A stretch of 64,000 nucleotides of DNA from Blasia pusilla (lineage: Eukaryota). A model generated the notes under the pieces. It ran no database searches. It had not been told where the DNA came from and was given only the letters and a program-made list of their open reading frames with translations. Position 1 is the stretch's first letter, and each line of letters starts with the position of its first letter. The position numbers were made by a program, and so were the translations under genes. This document shows, piece after piece, positions 50,279 to 64,000 of the stretch. Location: NCBI GenBank assembly GCA_050084515.1, contig CM114271.1:7812001-7876000 (forward strand), in the 5' to 3' direction.

Positions 50279-51629
50279 CACTAGAAGGAATATGGTATTT
50301 TTAGCACTAAGTCACGTACAACTAAAGTCCAATAGTACTAAAATATAACTATATGTAACTTAAGTGGCCTATGTGGCAGATTGTAGTATCACTTAGTTAC
50401 TAAGAATGACTAAAGGGTATGACATGGTTTTTCTTATTATAATTGAGAAAATAAAATTATCATAAATTAATAACATATCATTATAAAATTATTACATTCA
50501 TGCAAAATAACTAACACGTGGCACTTATGATAGAATTTAACTAATTAAAAAAACTAAATTTTAATCCATAATAAGACATGTGAAAATAAGACTATAACAA
50601 TCATTTCCAAGTTGGTGTATAAGACCCTAATTAATAATGCCACAATATTTGATATTATTCCTCCTTCATGTTTCTTGTTTGTAATGTGTGTGATTTTCCC
50701 CGCAATCTTCGATCCCTTTTCCTGCGTGCACAAGTTCTAGGTTGAATCGAGGTTTTTGAGAGCCGCTTGAAGAAGCACAAGTGCATCGCGACGCGAGCTG
50801 AGGTGAGGTGGATGAGTGTTGTTGCTGTTAGATCAAGGAAATTGCTGGAGTGAGATCAATACAAGGGTTGGAGTAGGAGAAGAGAGAGCGAGAGGAATGG
50901 TTGCAGGAATTGAGCTGAGGAGTGATAGAAGCAAGTTGTTATTAGGTGTTGTGATATTTTTGTTCTTGTTTGTATTTTATTATTCATGGCGCATGCCCTC
51001 TCTCTCTCTCTCTATGTGAAAGCCACACTGTCGTCGGTCATCATAGCTGGAGTCTTAGAATGAGGTAGGATAAGTATGCGAAGCTGAATATTGGAATATG
51101 TCCCAAGCAATGCACTCAGTAAGCAAAATTGGCTAGGACTCCATGAGGCACGATTTACCATTTGTGGCCGAATCCTCGTTTGGAGAGTTAACTGCACCAA
51201 CATGATTTCTTTAAATTAATCACCCAGCTTGGTAGTAATTTCAATACTATACTATTTCTTCATCAGAGAACTCATCAACGCTATCCTCGCCCTTAATCTT
51301 CACACGACCTCTCTTCATAAAAGAGGGATCTAGCTCTTCCTCATTAAGTCTCCCTAGAGGACTCATTGCGACTCCTTGCCCGCCACTACTGCTTGATGGG
51401 ATATCACATGCGGTGTTTGTCTGATCGGATGCCTAAAGAGCTTGGGCTCTAATTTCGATTTGATTCCACGTCCTCAACTCTAATTTTGGACTCTTAAGAC
51501 TCGAGGCCGTCGCCGATGGAGGCTCGACATTCTTGCTTTGAGAGGAGTTCCTGAAGTTCTTTCTTTCTTTCTCTCTCTCCCCAATTGGGAGGCTCCCGAA
51601 CCCATCCCCCTTCAATTTTTTCTTAATGA

Positions 51630-52334
51630 AAGGGATTCGCTTTTATTTCCTTGTAGTTCTTTACTTCCCAGGATTTTGGGTTCTCTGCAGGACGGAATCC
51701 ATCAACAGATCGAATCTCCAGAGATGGGAGTGGGTGCTAGCGAATCCTCTAGTGATCCCACTGATATTGATTAAGGTGACATTGCGTGATCGGTGGCCAG
51801 GATATCAAAACTTGGTGGACAACTAGGCCAATTTTTTCTTCTTTTCCATTTTCTTTGTGACTGGTTTCTATTTGGCTCAATTTTGAAGACAACATTCATT
51901 CTCATTGTGGATTCAATGCAGCGCTTGGGACCATCTCCTCCGTTTTGAACCTGTTTCTTTCTCTGTTACTAGAATCCTTCCAACTCCCTATTGTGGCCCA
52001 AAGAATCATGTCTGCTCTTGCAACTTGGTACATCGTTTGTTCGCTCCTCTCGTTTGCTCAACAAGCTCTCTCAGAGAAAACACCTCCACGGTTTTGGGCC
52101 AAGTCTGCTTTCCCTGTGTACGTCATTCATGATGTTCCACTCTCTCTCATTGCTGATGGTCTGCTTAGTCGGTGGAAAGCACCTATTGCAATGAAGTTTG
52201 TGCTCTCAGATGCCTCTACCCTGATGAGCAGTCTCATGATTATGCACCTTATCGTCAATCGGTTTGCCTTATTCATATTTCTCATAGGCTTGAAGATGGC
52301 AGACCACCAATCATTTGCCAAAAAGCAGAGTTGA
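51630..52334 (+). pseudogene. Decayed acyltransferase-3 (OpgC/MdoC-like) membrane protein, C-terminal part
   Basis: FYFLVVLY, LRDRWPGYQNLVDN*ANFFFFSIFFVTGFYL, SAFPVYVIH, KFVL...RFALFIFLIGLK; stops and a frame change are present; family recognised from motif memory. Confidence 0.6.
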
Positions 52335-52553
52335 ACGTCGTGATGCATGTCGATTTCAGGGGAGTTCAATTAAGGGCCTGTCCCCATGGAACCAGTTTTG
52401 GGTCTATGGATCTTGGGGATCTACGATCCAAACTTCACTGACCAATATCGGGTCATGGGTATGTCTGCGCCGCCAAAAAAACACGTCGTGGAAAGTCCAG
52501 AGACGACCCTTGGAGTTTCTACGTGCTACAACCCGTATCATTTTCAAATTTCA

Positions 52554-52844
52554 ATAGCGATCATTTTGCCAATAATGTGTCACATCTAAGATGTTGATAT
52601 TCATAAGGAAACCTATGATGCATTGGAAAAGTTATTCCGGACATTTACAAAGGCGAGAAAACTTAAATTGAAACAACAATTGAACGAATTGAGAAAAGGA
52701 TAGTAGAACATCAATGAGTATGTTTTGAGTATCACACATATTGTTGATCAATTGAATAACATTGGAGTGTTAGTAGAAGACGATGATCTGATTTTTTTCA
52801 CTGTTCAAGGCCTTCCAAAATGATTACAAGTTCTTTGAGACCTC
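52554..52844 (+). mobile_element. Copia gag remnant related to 9670-9970; insertion site of the DNMT-Gypsy
   Basis: Nucleotide match (GATGTTGATATT...GATGCATTGGAAAAGTT...TTTGAGACCTC) ending exactly at TGTCGT 52845. Confidence 0.8.
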
Positions 52845-53600
52845 TGTCGTGCACATACATATCGCTACACAACATACATCGTTGGTCATATCTACACCAC
52901 AAAACACCGATCTTCCCCACACACGGGTCGATCCACACATGTACAAAAATCAACTCATACATATACATGGAGATCACAAAAAAAAAATAAAGAGTAGTAA
53001 AAATGGCACACCCGGCCTAAAACTCCACTCCTCAATCTACATCAGCATATCGAGTCTCGTCCACCCTGTGCTATCAAGGAATCCGGACGCTAGCACCCTA
53101 GTCCTAGCTCACACACATACAAGGGAGATGCTCCAACGGCCCAACATGAGAAAGATGGCTTAGGAAAGCCATCTTCCTCTCTTATATAGGGTTGGGAAGA
53201 GCCAAAAGGCTCTTCACCTAAAAATAGCCCTCCCCTTGGTAACCTGTGCGCATAGGTTACCAGGGGCGGGTGACCTGATTAACAAGTCACCCGGCTGTAA
53301 AAAAACTCAACATGAAAGTTGTCAAAAACAACGTTCCTGACACAATGGACCTATCCTCAACCTCATCCAACACCGTGGGACAAAGTTACACTCAAGATAG
53401 TCCGCTGGCTCCTACGCCCTATCCAAGGTAGATCTCGGCCTATCGGCTACTCAGATGTGACAGCTGTCGTGCGCATATATATCGCTACACAATATACATC
53501 GTTGGTCACATCTACACCACACAACACCGATCTTCCCCACACACGGGTTGATCCACACATGTACAAAAATCAACTCATACATATACATGGAGATCACACA
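52845..53600 (-). repeat. 3' terminal repeats A(53598-53465)-GC-B(53462-52979)-A(52978-52845)
   Basis: The two 134-bp A copies are near-identical; junction TGTGACA-GC-TGTCGTG on the + strand. Confidence 0.88.
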
Positions 53601-53677
53601 ACCGCCCTCTAGCTGGCAGTTGGATCCCCCCAACTCCAGATAGAAAATATCACATCTTTATGACATGACCTACTACC

Positions 53678-53830
53678 CTATACACATCTCGGACACATCC
53701 ATTGTCTCGTGGAAACCACATCAAGAGGGGGGGGTCAGACATGACATATGCCACCCTCGAGAACAACCATCACACACCAACATGGTGGCTGCACCCCTCG
53801 CAGATCCGCACAACATACACCTCAAGCCTG
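53678..53830 (-). CDS. PHD finger (C4HC3) at the C-terminus of the Gypsy polyprotein
   Basis: CMLC...LVCDGCSRGWHMSCLTPP, then after a +1 slip in a C run LDVVSTRQWMCPRCV and TAG. Confidence 0.88.
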
Positions 53831-53869
53831 CAGGTACCACTGCCAAGCTTGGATCCACCGTCCCATCTA

Positions 53870-54990
53870 CGTTAGGAAGATGACATGGCGCACAATTGCG
53901 CACATGATCCTTCCAAACCAACCATCCCGTCCCTCCAACATGAGGACTCCGGTCGGTAATACCTCGCGCACACGTAGGATCGTGCGCCCTGCAGTGACAT
54001 CTAGCGTCGTGGGTGCCGCATGTTGTAAATACACGTAATCTCGAGGATGAAACCTCCTAATCCTTGGACGATAACCTCCTCCACGAATGGTCGCGTACCT
54101 CAATGTATCTCTATGCTAGGCAATAGCTAAGTTATCAAAGGCCATAGGCATAACTCTACGAAAAACTTCTGCCCTCTGAGAACATGCTTGTATCCACACA
54201 TCTGGATCATCAAGATCTAACACCTCCGCCATGTCACGTCGAATTGCTGCAGGTAAATCTGGCTCTCTCCCAAAGAGCAAAAAGTACAGTGAAAATGACG
54301 CCAAGGATGCCTGCCGACTAAAGTGATAACCCATAGCCAACCATGGCAACTATAGGTCCCACTCCCTCAACTGTCCCCGCTGCAAGCCATACTTGCGCAA
54401 TCCTCTCTTCACCGTCTGTACCACTCTCTCCGCCAACCCATCCGCCTCGCTGATCCATCAACGTCTGATCACACAAGGCCTGAAATTCTCCCATGAACTC
54501 GGTACCCTGGTCAGTCAACACCTCCTCCGGTGCACCAAAGTGACTAAGCACACGATCTAGAAACGCATAAGCTGTTCCCTTGCTTCGCCTTGTCTGGTAG
54601 TGCCACCAACTCTATCCACTTGGAGAAATGCTCCACCATGACCAACACGTACCTATGATGACGCCCTGTCAATGGAAAAGGTCCCGCGAAGTCTAAACTC
54701 CACCGATAACCTAAACCCATAATCGGCAAAGGATGTCACTGCAGAGTGGGAGCATTGAAGGATGCTCGCACTCTGTCACATACCATACATCTGGCCACAA
54801 ACTGCTGTACCCCAGTATGCATGCCGCGCCACCAATACTGAACCTGGAGTAAGCTGTAATTACGCTTTACTCCGAAATGTCCCAACTCCTCATGGGCATG
54901 TCGCACTACACATGCTCGCTGGGAAGGATGAGGTACCACTCGTATCCTACCATCTCCCCATACCCGCAAAATATGAGTCCCCTCCCACCT
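53870..54990 (-). CDS. Gypsy DDE integrase (frameshifted)
   Basis: HHCC zinc finger HEELGHFG...CMVC, core WSLDFAGP and VLTDQGTEF, FLLFGREP. Confidence 0.88.
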
Positions 54991-55289
54991 GAACCTCTTG
55001 GCTCTCTGTAGGATCCGATCTCGCTCCCTAGCACTCACTATACTCGCAATGACGCCAGTGTGCAATAACTCCACAACCTCCACGTTGTCATGGATATCAC
55101 GACCACCTGTCGCCTCCTCACTAACCTCTGGATCCAAAGACTCATCATCCAACCCCACCACTGGAGTCATCACGTGTGGCTGACCTGCCATAGTCAACCA
55201 AGAAAGATAGGCAGATGCATGCCAATCGGGCACCATCTCCTCATCACTCTCTCCGTGCCATCGAGCTCTTATGTCGTCTCTTTGACTCG

Positions 55290-56540
55290 GACATGGGTTA
55301 CGACTCAACCCATCCACATCCTGGTTCAGCCGACCTGGCCTATGAACCACCTCAAACTCATACTCCTGTAGTAATAGAGCCCACCTGGCAAGCTTGCCCG
55401 TAAGCTTGTCGGACTCCATCAACCACCTCAACGGCTGATGATCAGTGATAAGTGTGAAAGGGTTGCCGAATAAATAGCACCTAAAATGTGCCCATGCCCC
55501 ATCTGCGAGCCCAAGCACTCTCCCTCGTAGGAGGAGCCGCCTCTGCAATGTTGTTCGATCGGCTCGCGTGAGCCACAACGAACTCCCTCTCCTCGTCATC
55601 CCTGTGAGTAAGCACTGCTCCTAGACCCAACATGCTCCAATCCGTATGTAACTGGAATGGGCGACCCCTAACCGGTCTCTGTAAAATGGGTGAGGATGTC
55701 AACCTGTCCTTGAGCTCCTACAATGCTTGCTCCTTATCATCTCCCCACAACCAAACCTGATCAAGTCTCGTCAACAAGGTCAAAGACTTTGCGATTGCAC
55801 TAAAACCCTTGACATACCGTCGATAGAAGTTCGCTAGTCCAAGAAATGCTCGGACTCGACTCACATCTGTAGGGCGTGGAATCTGCGCAATAGCCTCTAC
55901 CTTAGTCAGCTGAACGCCTAACCCACTCGGGTATATGGTGTGTCCCAAGTACTCAATCTGCTCCTGAAAGAATCTACACTTGCCTGGATGTAACTTCAGT
56001 CCATGTAACTGCAATTGCCGAAATACCTCCTCCAAGTGTTGCTCATGCTCCTCAAACGTGGAACTGAAGATAAGAATATCATCTATGTAACATCGTACAA
56101 AATCCAAGCCAGCCAGAATCCTATCCATCACTCTCTGAAACTCTGCAGGCGCGTTCTTCAACCCAAATGGTAAGAACCGCCATTGATACAAGCAATCTCT
56201 CCCAAACCGATCTATCCCCCATAATGTTGTCTTCTCCCTGTCCTCCAACCTGATAGGAAGTTGATGATAGCCAGCACGGAGATCTAAAGTACTGAAGATC
56301 TTTGCATGCCCTACCGCATCAAAGAGCTCCTCAGGAGTAGGCATGGCGTACCGATCTGACCTCCTTTGTCGGTCGATAGGACGGTAATCTCCACACATCT
56401 GCCTATCCGTCCAATTGCCTTACATATATCCTTCTTCGCCGGCATGACTATGGCAGACGCATACTCCCCATGTGATAACTCCAAAAGTCCTGCCTCCAAC
56501 AAGTCCTGACTCCTACTCTGAATCAAGGCTCGCTCCATAT
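55290..56540 (-). CDS. Gypsy reverse transcriptase and RNase H (frameshifted)
   Basis: CGDYRP, LDLRAGYHQ, PFGLKNAPAEFQR, YIDDILI, RAFLGLANFYRR, HTDWS, ITDHQPL, KLARW. Confidence 0.92.
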
Positions 56541-57039
56541 CGAGAATACTGAGGGTCGATTTAAAGATCCCATATCACTAGCCAACTCAATCCGTATCCC
56601 GGGACCCTTCAGCATACCCAAGTCTCTCATACTGAAGGCAAAACAACTGACATGCCCTCTTAGAAACCTATGAACTCGCCGTCGCTCTCCTCCTATCAAC
56701 TTGAGACCTATCACAGGCTCCCAAGTCTCCATCGTGACCTCACTCAGAGAGGACGCAACCTCCGGCTTTGGTTGCTATGTAGCAACCCTAGCCACATCAG
56801 CAACAGCCACTCCACCTTGACCTCCTACACCATGCTCCACATCCGAAAAATGAACATGTGCTACTCTAGCCGCCTTCGCACTCTCTGCTCGAACGACGTC
56901 CCAGGAAGTCCATGGGTGCCTATCTCTCCTCGTCTCACCCCCAACCAATGCCTGTACAGACCCTGTAGGCAATGGTCCAACTCGTGGACGTGACGGCATG
57001 GATGACACTCGCATGCGTCTCCGCTCAGCCATACCTAGG

Positions 57040-57990
57040 CTGACTATCCATGTGAGACAGTTGAGGTCCATCGCCTGCCCCAACACCTGTCTCCGTGATG
57101 CCTCAATCATCCCTGGCACCGCCGTAGTACTGGTAGTGAACCCCATGGCGTGCTCGCGCTCATCTACTGTAGGCTCCTCCAATGCTCCGATCACCTCATC
57201 CCAAATCATGCCTGGCCCTCTCTGACGAAAGGCATGGGATATTGGGAAGCTCACCAACGTAGGTAAGGCTGCCTTCAACTCCCCCACCCTATTGGCCATG
57301 GCCAACGGTGGTCTATCATCCCGTGTCACCACCTGAGATCGACGCCCTGAGCCCAAAATAGCATCCACTGTGAGATGTGGTGCTCTCTGGACTCCACTGT
57401 ATGCTCGACTCAGTACCTCTGATGATATCAGGTTCGTCCACCACAGTCGTGGACGATGGGCACGTGACCCAACTCTCGCTGCATCTAACAACACAACAGG
57501 TCCCAACTAGGACCTCACTTGATGTACATTCGTCATCACACGTGCACGAGTGTCTCCCAACAACGGCACGTTCTCCAAAATGTACGCTGGAGAACATATC
57601 TGACTCTCCTGCAAGTGTCGTACTACTCGCAGCATCTCCCAAAATATCCCTGACCTCGGATCCTGCAATCCAAATCCTCGGCCAGCTGATGAATGACCTT
57701 GACATGGCCATCCAGCAATCACCAAATGAATGGTGCCAACTCTATCCAGATCTTGCGCCCCCACCAAAGAGATGTCGGCGGGTAGCGTATGCTGGTATCC
57801 CCGTACTGCAGATACCGACAATAACTCAGGATACCTCTGGACCAATCTCGCCACGTGACGTAATGATACTCGCCGCGCGGTCTCATCTCTCTCCACATTA
57901 AGGTATTGATGCACCCGTATGCCCGCCTGCAATAGTGCAGCCAAACTGGTGCTAATCCCTCCAAAGAGATCTAACACCCTAACACCCTCC
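57040..57990 (-). CDS. DNMT3-like C5-cytosine DNA methyltransferase domain within pol (one in-frame TAG at 57507-57509)
   Basis: Motif I VLDLFGG, motif II VE, motif IV AGWPCQG, motif VI LENV, motif VIII AHRPRLWWTN, motif IX EREHAMGF, motif X VLGQAM, in canonical order in one frame. Confidence 0.92.
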
Positions 57991-59109
57991 TCTGGGCACT
58001 GCCACACAACAGGTGTGGTATCTAGTGGGGTCATCGTGTCCACTCCAAGAGCCTGATCGCCACGTGACTCTCGCGGCTGTGGGATAAAAACATGACTCCA
58101 CGCCTGCCTCACGAGGTCGTCGACACTCCTCTATAGCTCCCGAATCGTACCCCCAATGGCGAAGAGGCCTCGCCAACATGGGAAGAGACACCCGCCATGG
58201 CCTGTCTCTCCGTGGGACTATGTGCTACTGGGACATCCTCCGCATGTGCGTTCCCCTCCAACAACTCTCCTGTCCAGCTAACACTACCTGTGAAAGCTGC
58301 CAACGTGGTCACAGACTCGCCTCGTGATCGACCACCTCGTCCCGCAAACTGCACGGGTAACAGACTCATCCGGCCGTCACCTGACCGTCATCCTGGCCGA
58401 TAAGCAACGGTCTCCTCCCATAAGTCAAGGATGAATCCTAGGGGATATATCACTGTACTCCCCACCAAGACATCGTACGACTCAGTTGGTGTCGTAATCA
58501 CACGTGTGCACACCATAGCACTATCCGTCGCATGCTCTGGCTGGACTCTAACAACAATCTCATGTTGAGTCATATACTGAGTGGGTGATACGCCCCCAAT
58601 CGAGGTCTGTATCTGGAAGGGACAAGGCTCAATGTTGGCCTTCCGTAACCCCAACGCTAAACACGCCGCCTTCCCTAACATCAAGGGTTGCGCTCCCTAA
58701 TTAAGTACGACGCGCTGCGGGGAGTATACTGTCCCCGTCGGACTAACCAAGAAAAAAACTGCAGCTCAGTTATCCGGTAACACTACTCCAGGTATCACCA
58801 CTGCTCGCTCTATTGCCGGTCAAGCTAGCATATCTACCAACTTCGCCGCCGCCGCATGCCATGACTCTATGGGGAACATCCCCAGCACCAGCTCTGAGGG
58901 CAAGTCCACCACCTCCTCAACTACCTCTGAACAAGAAGCAGTCATCTCTCCACACTCACACAACATGGCGGCCAACCGGAACACCTCAGCTGGTCCAACT
59001 CCCAACGTCGCCAACTCTATGGCGGAAAATAGTGGAGTCTGACTCACTCTGGTGGCCACCTGCAACACTATGGTCGACACTGACTCCACTCGAGCCGGCA
59101 TAGGATTTG

Positions 59110-60936
59110 TCACTCCAACTCCTCGTGACGTCGACGTGAGGTGCTCGAATCAGAGGCATCGCTGGTCGCCGAGGCACCATCGATGGTGTGTGTAGTGCCT
59201 CCGACAATGTGAACGATCATTTGTGGAACCCTGGCCTGCCGCCCATCGGTCCCCTCTGGTGGGTCAATCTCAACTCCACCTCTCGATGGCTCGGTGCCTC
59301 TCGCAGCACCCCGAGTCACCACTGCAGCTGCCTCAACCTGGGCTGCACTACACATAAATCCCATACAAGCGAGATCCTCATCTGGGTCAGGGTAAGAGGT
59401 AGAAACTAGAGTTACACTAGCTGCCCGTAGCTCCGTGCCTTCCCTAAGCTGCATCATTGTCATGGTAGCAATCCTCTGCTCCAACCGATCGATGCGTGAG
59501 AGAAGTGTCGGCTCTGGTGCTCCTGCTCCATCTCCTCTAACTGGTGGTGGTCCTCTACCACCACGACCAGGAAGAACTCCCCGACCTCCTCTAGGAAAAC
59601 CGCCCCCAGGCCCTCGGCCTACCTCTGGACGTGCCCCTCAGCAAAGGTCAAAACACCTATCCCTAGTGTGACCATATCTGTGGCAATGGTCACACTGGTG
59701 CTGTGGTGGGGCCATCCACTGTGGCTCCTGAGCAATCGGAGGCACTGGTAGTCCTCTCCCATGTTGTGGGCAGTCTCTCTGCCTATGGGCCCCTCCACAC
59801 ATCCAACAAGACCACACCGGTCCCTGTTGGGCAACATATGTAGGTGCGGGTCGTTGCCTCATAGGCTCACGGTACCCGCCCTGCTCTCTAGGCACACGCT
59901 TGGCCCGCTCCGTGGTATCGTGCTGGTGCTCGTTGTTGGCACTGTGGGGTCACTGCCGCTCGCGGGTGGACCCGTCGACTCTCGAGAAAATCCAGCGGTC
60001 ACTACCTGCTCCTCACTCATGTTGAGCTCAATACGCTCAGACAACTCAAAGACCACCTTCAATGTGGGCTTCGCTGTGTGAATCAGCACCGCATCTCAGA
60101 CTCTCCTCCGTAGTTCTCGGTCCGTAACCCAGACCAATCTTTGGGTGATTGCGCCTCGATCCTCCAAATGTAGCAATGATCAGCCTCCTCATGCGTGTGA
60201 ATGCCTCTCTCAGACTCTCACCCGATCGTCGCTGAAAATCCTGTAGACTCTTCAGCTTGTCGGTGCGTATGCCTTATTAGTTCTTCCCCAACTGTCGGAA
60301 TAACTCCACTGTGGGGCTGAAGCTGGGTGGCTCTCTACCACCAGAGGTCTCTGCCACATCGCCTGTCTCACTACCCTCCTCTCCATCTAGTCTCCGGGCT
60401 GATGGTGTGGATCTCTCTCCTCTCACAATCCCATCATATGCCTCGCGACCACTAGTGGACACATACCCTGGAGCCCAATACATCCTCCAAGCATCGATCT
60501 CTACTGAATATAGTGATCAAAACTCCATGTAGTCATCCATCAGAGGACCCTCCAAGTGCTGGAACAACCCCTTCCATGCCATGAAAGGGTTGAACCGTGT
60601 CAGGGACCATATCTCTTGGAAGTCGCACAATGTGTCGAACTCCTGGACAAAATCATCTAAGTCGATGGTGCCCACTGCACCCGAGAAACGATGTATGCCC
60701 CGATGGCCCATGTCGTCCATCTCCTGCCAAGTACTACTGTCTCCGTGTATGATCTCGTCATCAGACCCAGTGTCCAGTGATGACGATCCAGTCTCGGATG
60801 GATGTCGAGGGAGCTCCTCACTGGTAACCCCTCGGTATCTCACTCCACTCCGTGTCACACCACTACTACTGCTCGCACTACCCCGTTCTTCCGAACCCTG
60901 GAAGAACGTCGTGATGACAAACCCTGTCTCACCCAC
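59110..60936 (-). CDS. Gypsy gag (degenerate)
   Basis: IHRFSG...DDFVQEF...LFQHLEG; knuckles CWMCGGAHRQRDC and CDHCHRYGHTRDRC. Confidence 0.75.
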
Positions 60937-62078
60937 TCAAGCACTCAGACTCACCGAGAGTCTCCCACACGCCTCACTAGCTCACCTATGCGAACATCAA
61001 TCCCGTGATGACATACCCGGCCTCACGCACGCTCAACGCTCAGGCTCACCATGAGCCTCCCAACTGACTCACCTAACCTAACGACACACGGGATTCCTGA
61101 GGGTCATGGGAGGGGCATAAGGTGGAATGTAGAAGTCATGAGCAGAAGAATAAACAACACTTATTTTGGTTTTTGGAGGCTTTCTAAAGATTTGTGGCAA
61201 GAGATTCCGACCCTAAACTATTTTTTTGGCCTCTCTGTGGTTATGGACACGAGCTTCTAACTCTGTGTACTTCTCGTGTTAATTGAAATTTCACAACTCT
61301 TGAGACACATTTTGGAAATCTCTGTGTACTGGATTCAGGCTCAATTAGAAAAAATTTAAAGTTGAAATGTCTAGTGCATACTGGTAGTTGAGCAAGAACT
61401 GGCCAATCAGGATTAGTCCACGAGCTTCAGTTCGATCTTGTGGACTATGGACTGGAGCATAATGTCTCCAAGTGGCAGAACCACGAAACTCACCAATCCT
61501 TGATGTTAGTCAAAGCCATTGCCATCACTACGGTAGTACCAAGTGCAACATGATGTGATAAGACATTTCATGCAAGCTCTACGCACCGACTTGTTTGGCC
61601 TCATGGTATTAGGGTCGATTAAGAGGCCTTGGCTGATTTGATGCAGGGAGAGAGTTTTAGGAATTCGATTATGATTTTGAAAATGAGAAGAGACGCGAAG
61701 ATTTAATCCTGTCCTTGAAAATATGAGCACATCTTTATTAAGAAAGAAATTTATAGGATTGAAAGCGTGTTGATCCAATCTTGAAGCAATCAGACATAGG
61801 TGTCCCATCCAAACTTGACCTCAAGAAAAAGCAACCATATCTAGATGCCTTTGCCTCATTAGGAATTCGGCCTTATTTTTGCCTATCTGTCCATTCTCGG
61901 AAGTCAATCTCAAGAGCTAGTGCCTTCCTTTTTCAGAGTATGGCTCTTGCTTGTAAGGTTTTGGGAGGAAGAAATTTTCTGATCCTCCTTTCCACACCCG
62001 AACATCATATCCTCCCTAGGGCTCACGAGGTCACTCCTTTCTCTGGATATGGTTATTGTATGACGGGAATTCAATTAT

Positions 62079-64000
<1,922 letters not shown>

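Larger units (their letters stand above)
52845..61090 (-). mobile_element. Ty3/Gypsy retrotransposon carrying a DNA cytosine methyltransferase and a PHD finger (degenerate, 5' end missing)
   Basis: Order on the minus strand: gag with two CCHC knuckles (60936-59640), protease (~58750-58390), DNMT (~57990-57040), RT with LDLRAGYHQ and YIDDIL (56398-55718), RNase H HTDWS/TDHQPL, integrase HEELGH..CMVC, WSLDFAGP and TDQGTEF, PHD, stop at 53678; terminal repeats 52845-53600. Confidence 0.93.

Noticed and set aside
52845-53598. TRIM with two 134-bp LTRs
   Set aside because: The spacer (B) has no PBS, carries its own TGTCAC terminus and TATA-like box, and appears alone at 5' ends elsewhere; no TSD flanks the pair.
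56775-58112. Host DNMT3/DRM gene or bacterial restriction-modification methylase
   Set aside because: It is intronless, colinear with protease and RT on the same strand within one element, has no partner nuclease, and shares the base composition of the rest of pol.
50279-61376. A single large CACTA element from CACTAGAAGG (50279) to TCTAGTG (61376) enclosing the acyltransferase and the DNMT-Gypsy
   Set aside because: Only 7 terminal bases pair, there is no convincing 3-bp TSD, and no subterminal repeats are evident at the right end.

Overview
Eukaryotic (land-plant) genomic DNA. It holds one intact 15-exon host gene on the + strand (15470-43205, about 1356 aa), a DDB1/CPSF160/SF3B3-superfamily beta-propeller protein resembling Arabidopsis At3g11960, with introns 6 and 10 swollen by nested retroelements. 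The rest is mostly decayed transposons: Ty1/Copia elements, APE-type LINEs, a CRE-like RLE non-LTR element, a CACTA end, a solo LTR and microsatellites. The most notable element is a Ty3/Gypsy retrotransposon (minus strand, about 52845-61090). Its polyprotein carries a full DNMT3-like C5-cytosine methyltransferase domain between protease and RT, and a PHD finger after the DDE integrase. Several copies of this family suggest split direct repeats (5' B ... ORFs ... A-NN-B-A 3') instead of two equal LTRs. An internal end-to-start junction, CGACA-NN-TGTCAC, is seen three times, and no tRNA primer site is visible. Other oddities are a 1-kb fold-back LTR inside a gene intron and a decayed bacterial-type acyltransferase-3 fragment. 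All calls come from reading the sequence by eye; no searches were run.
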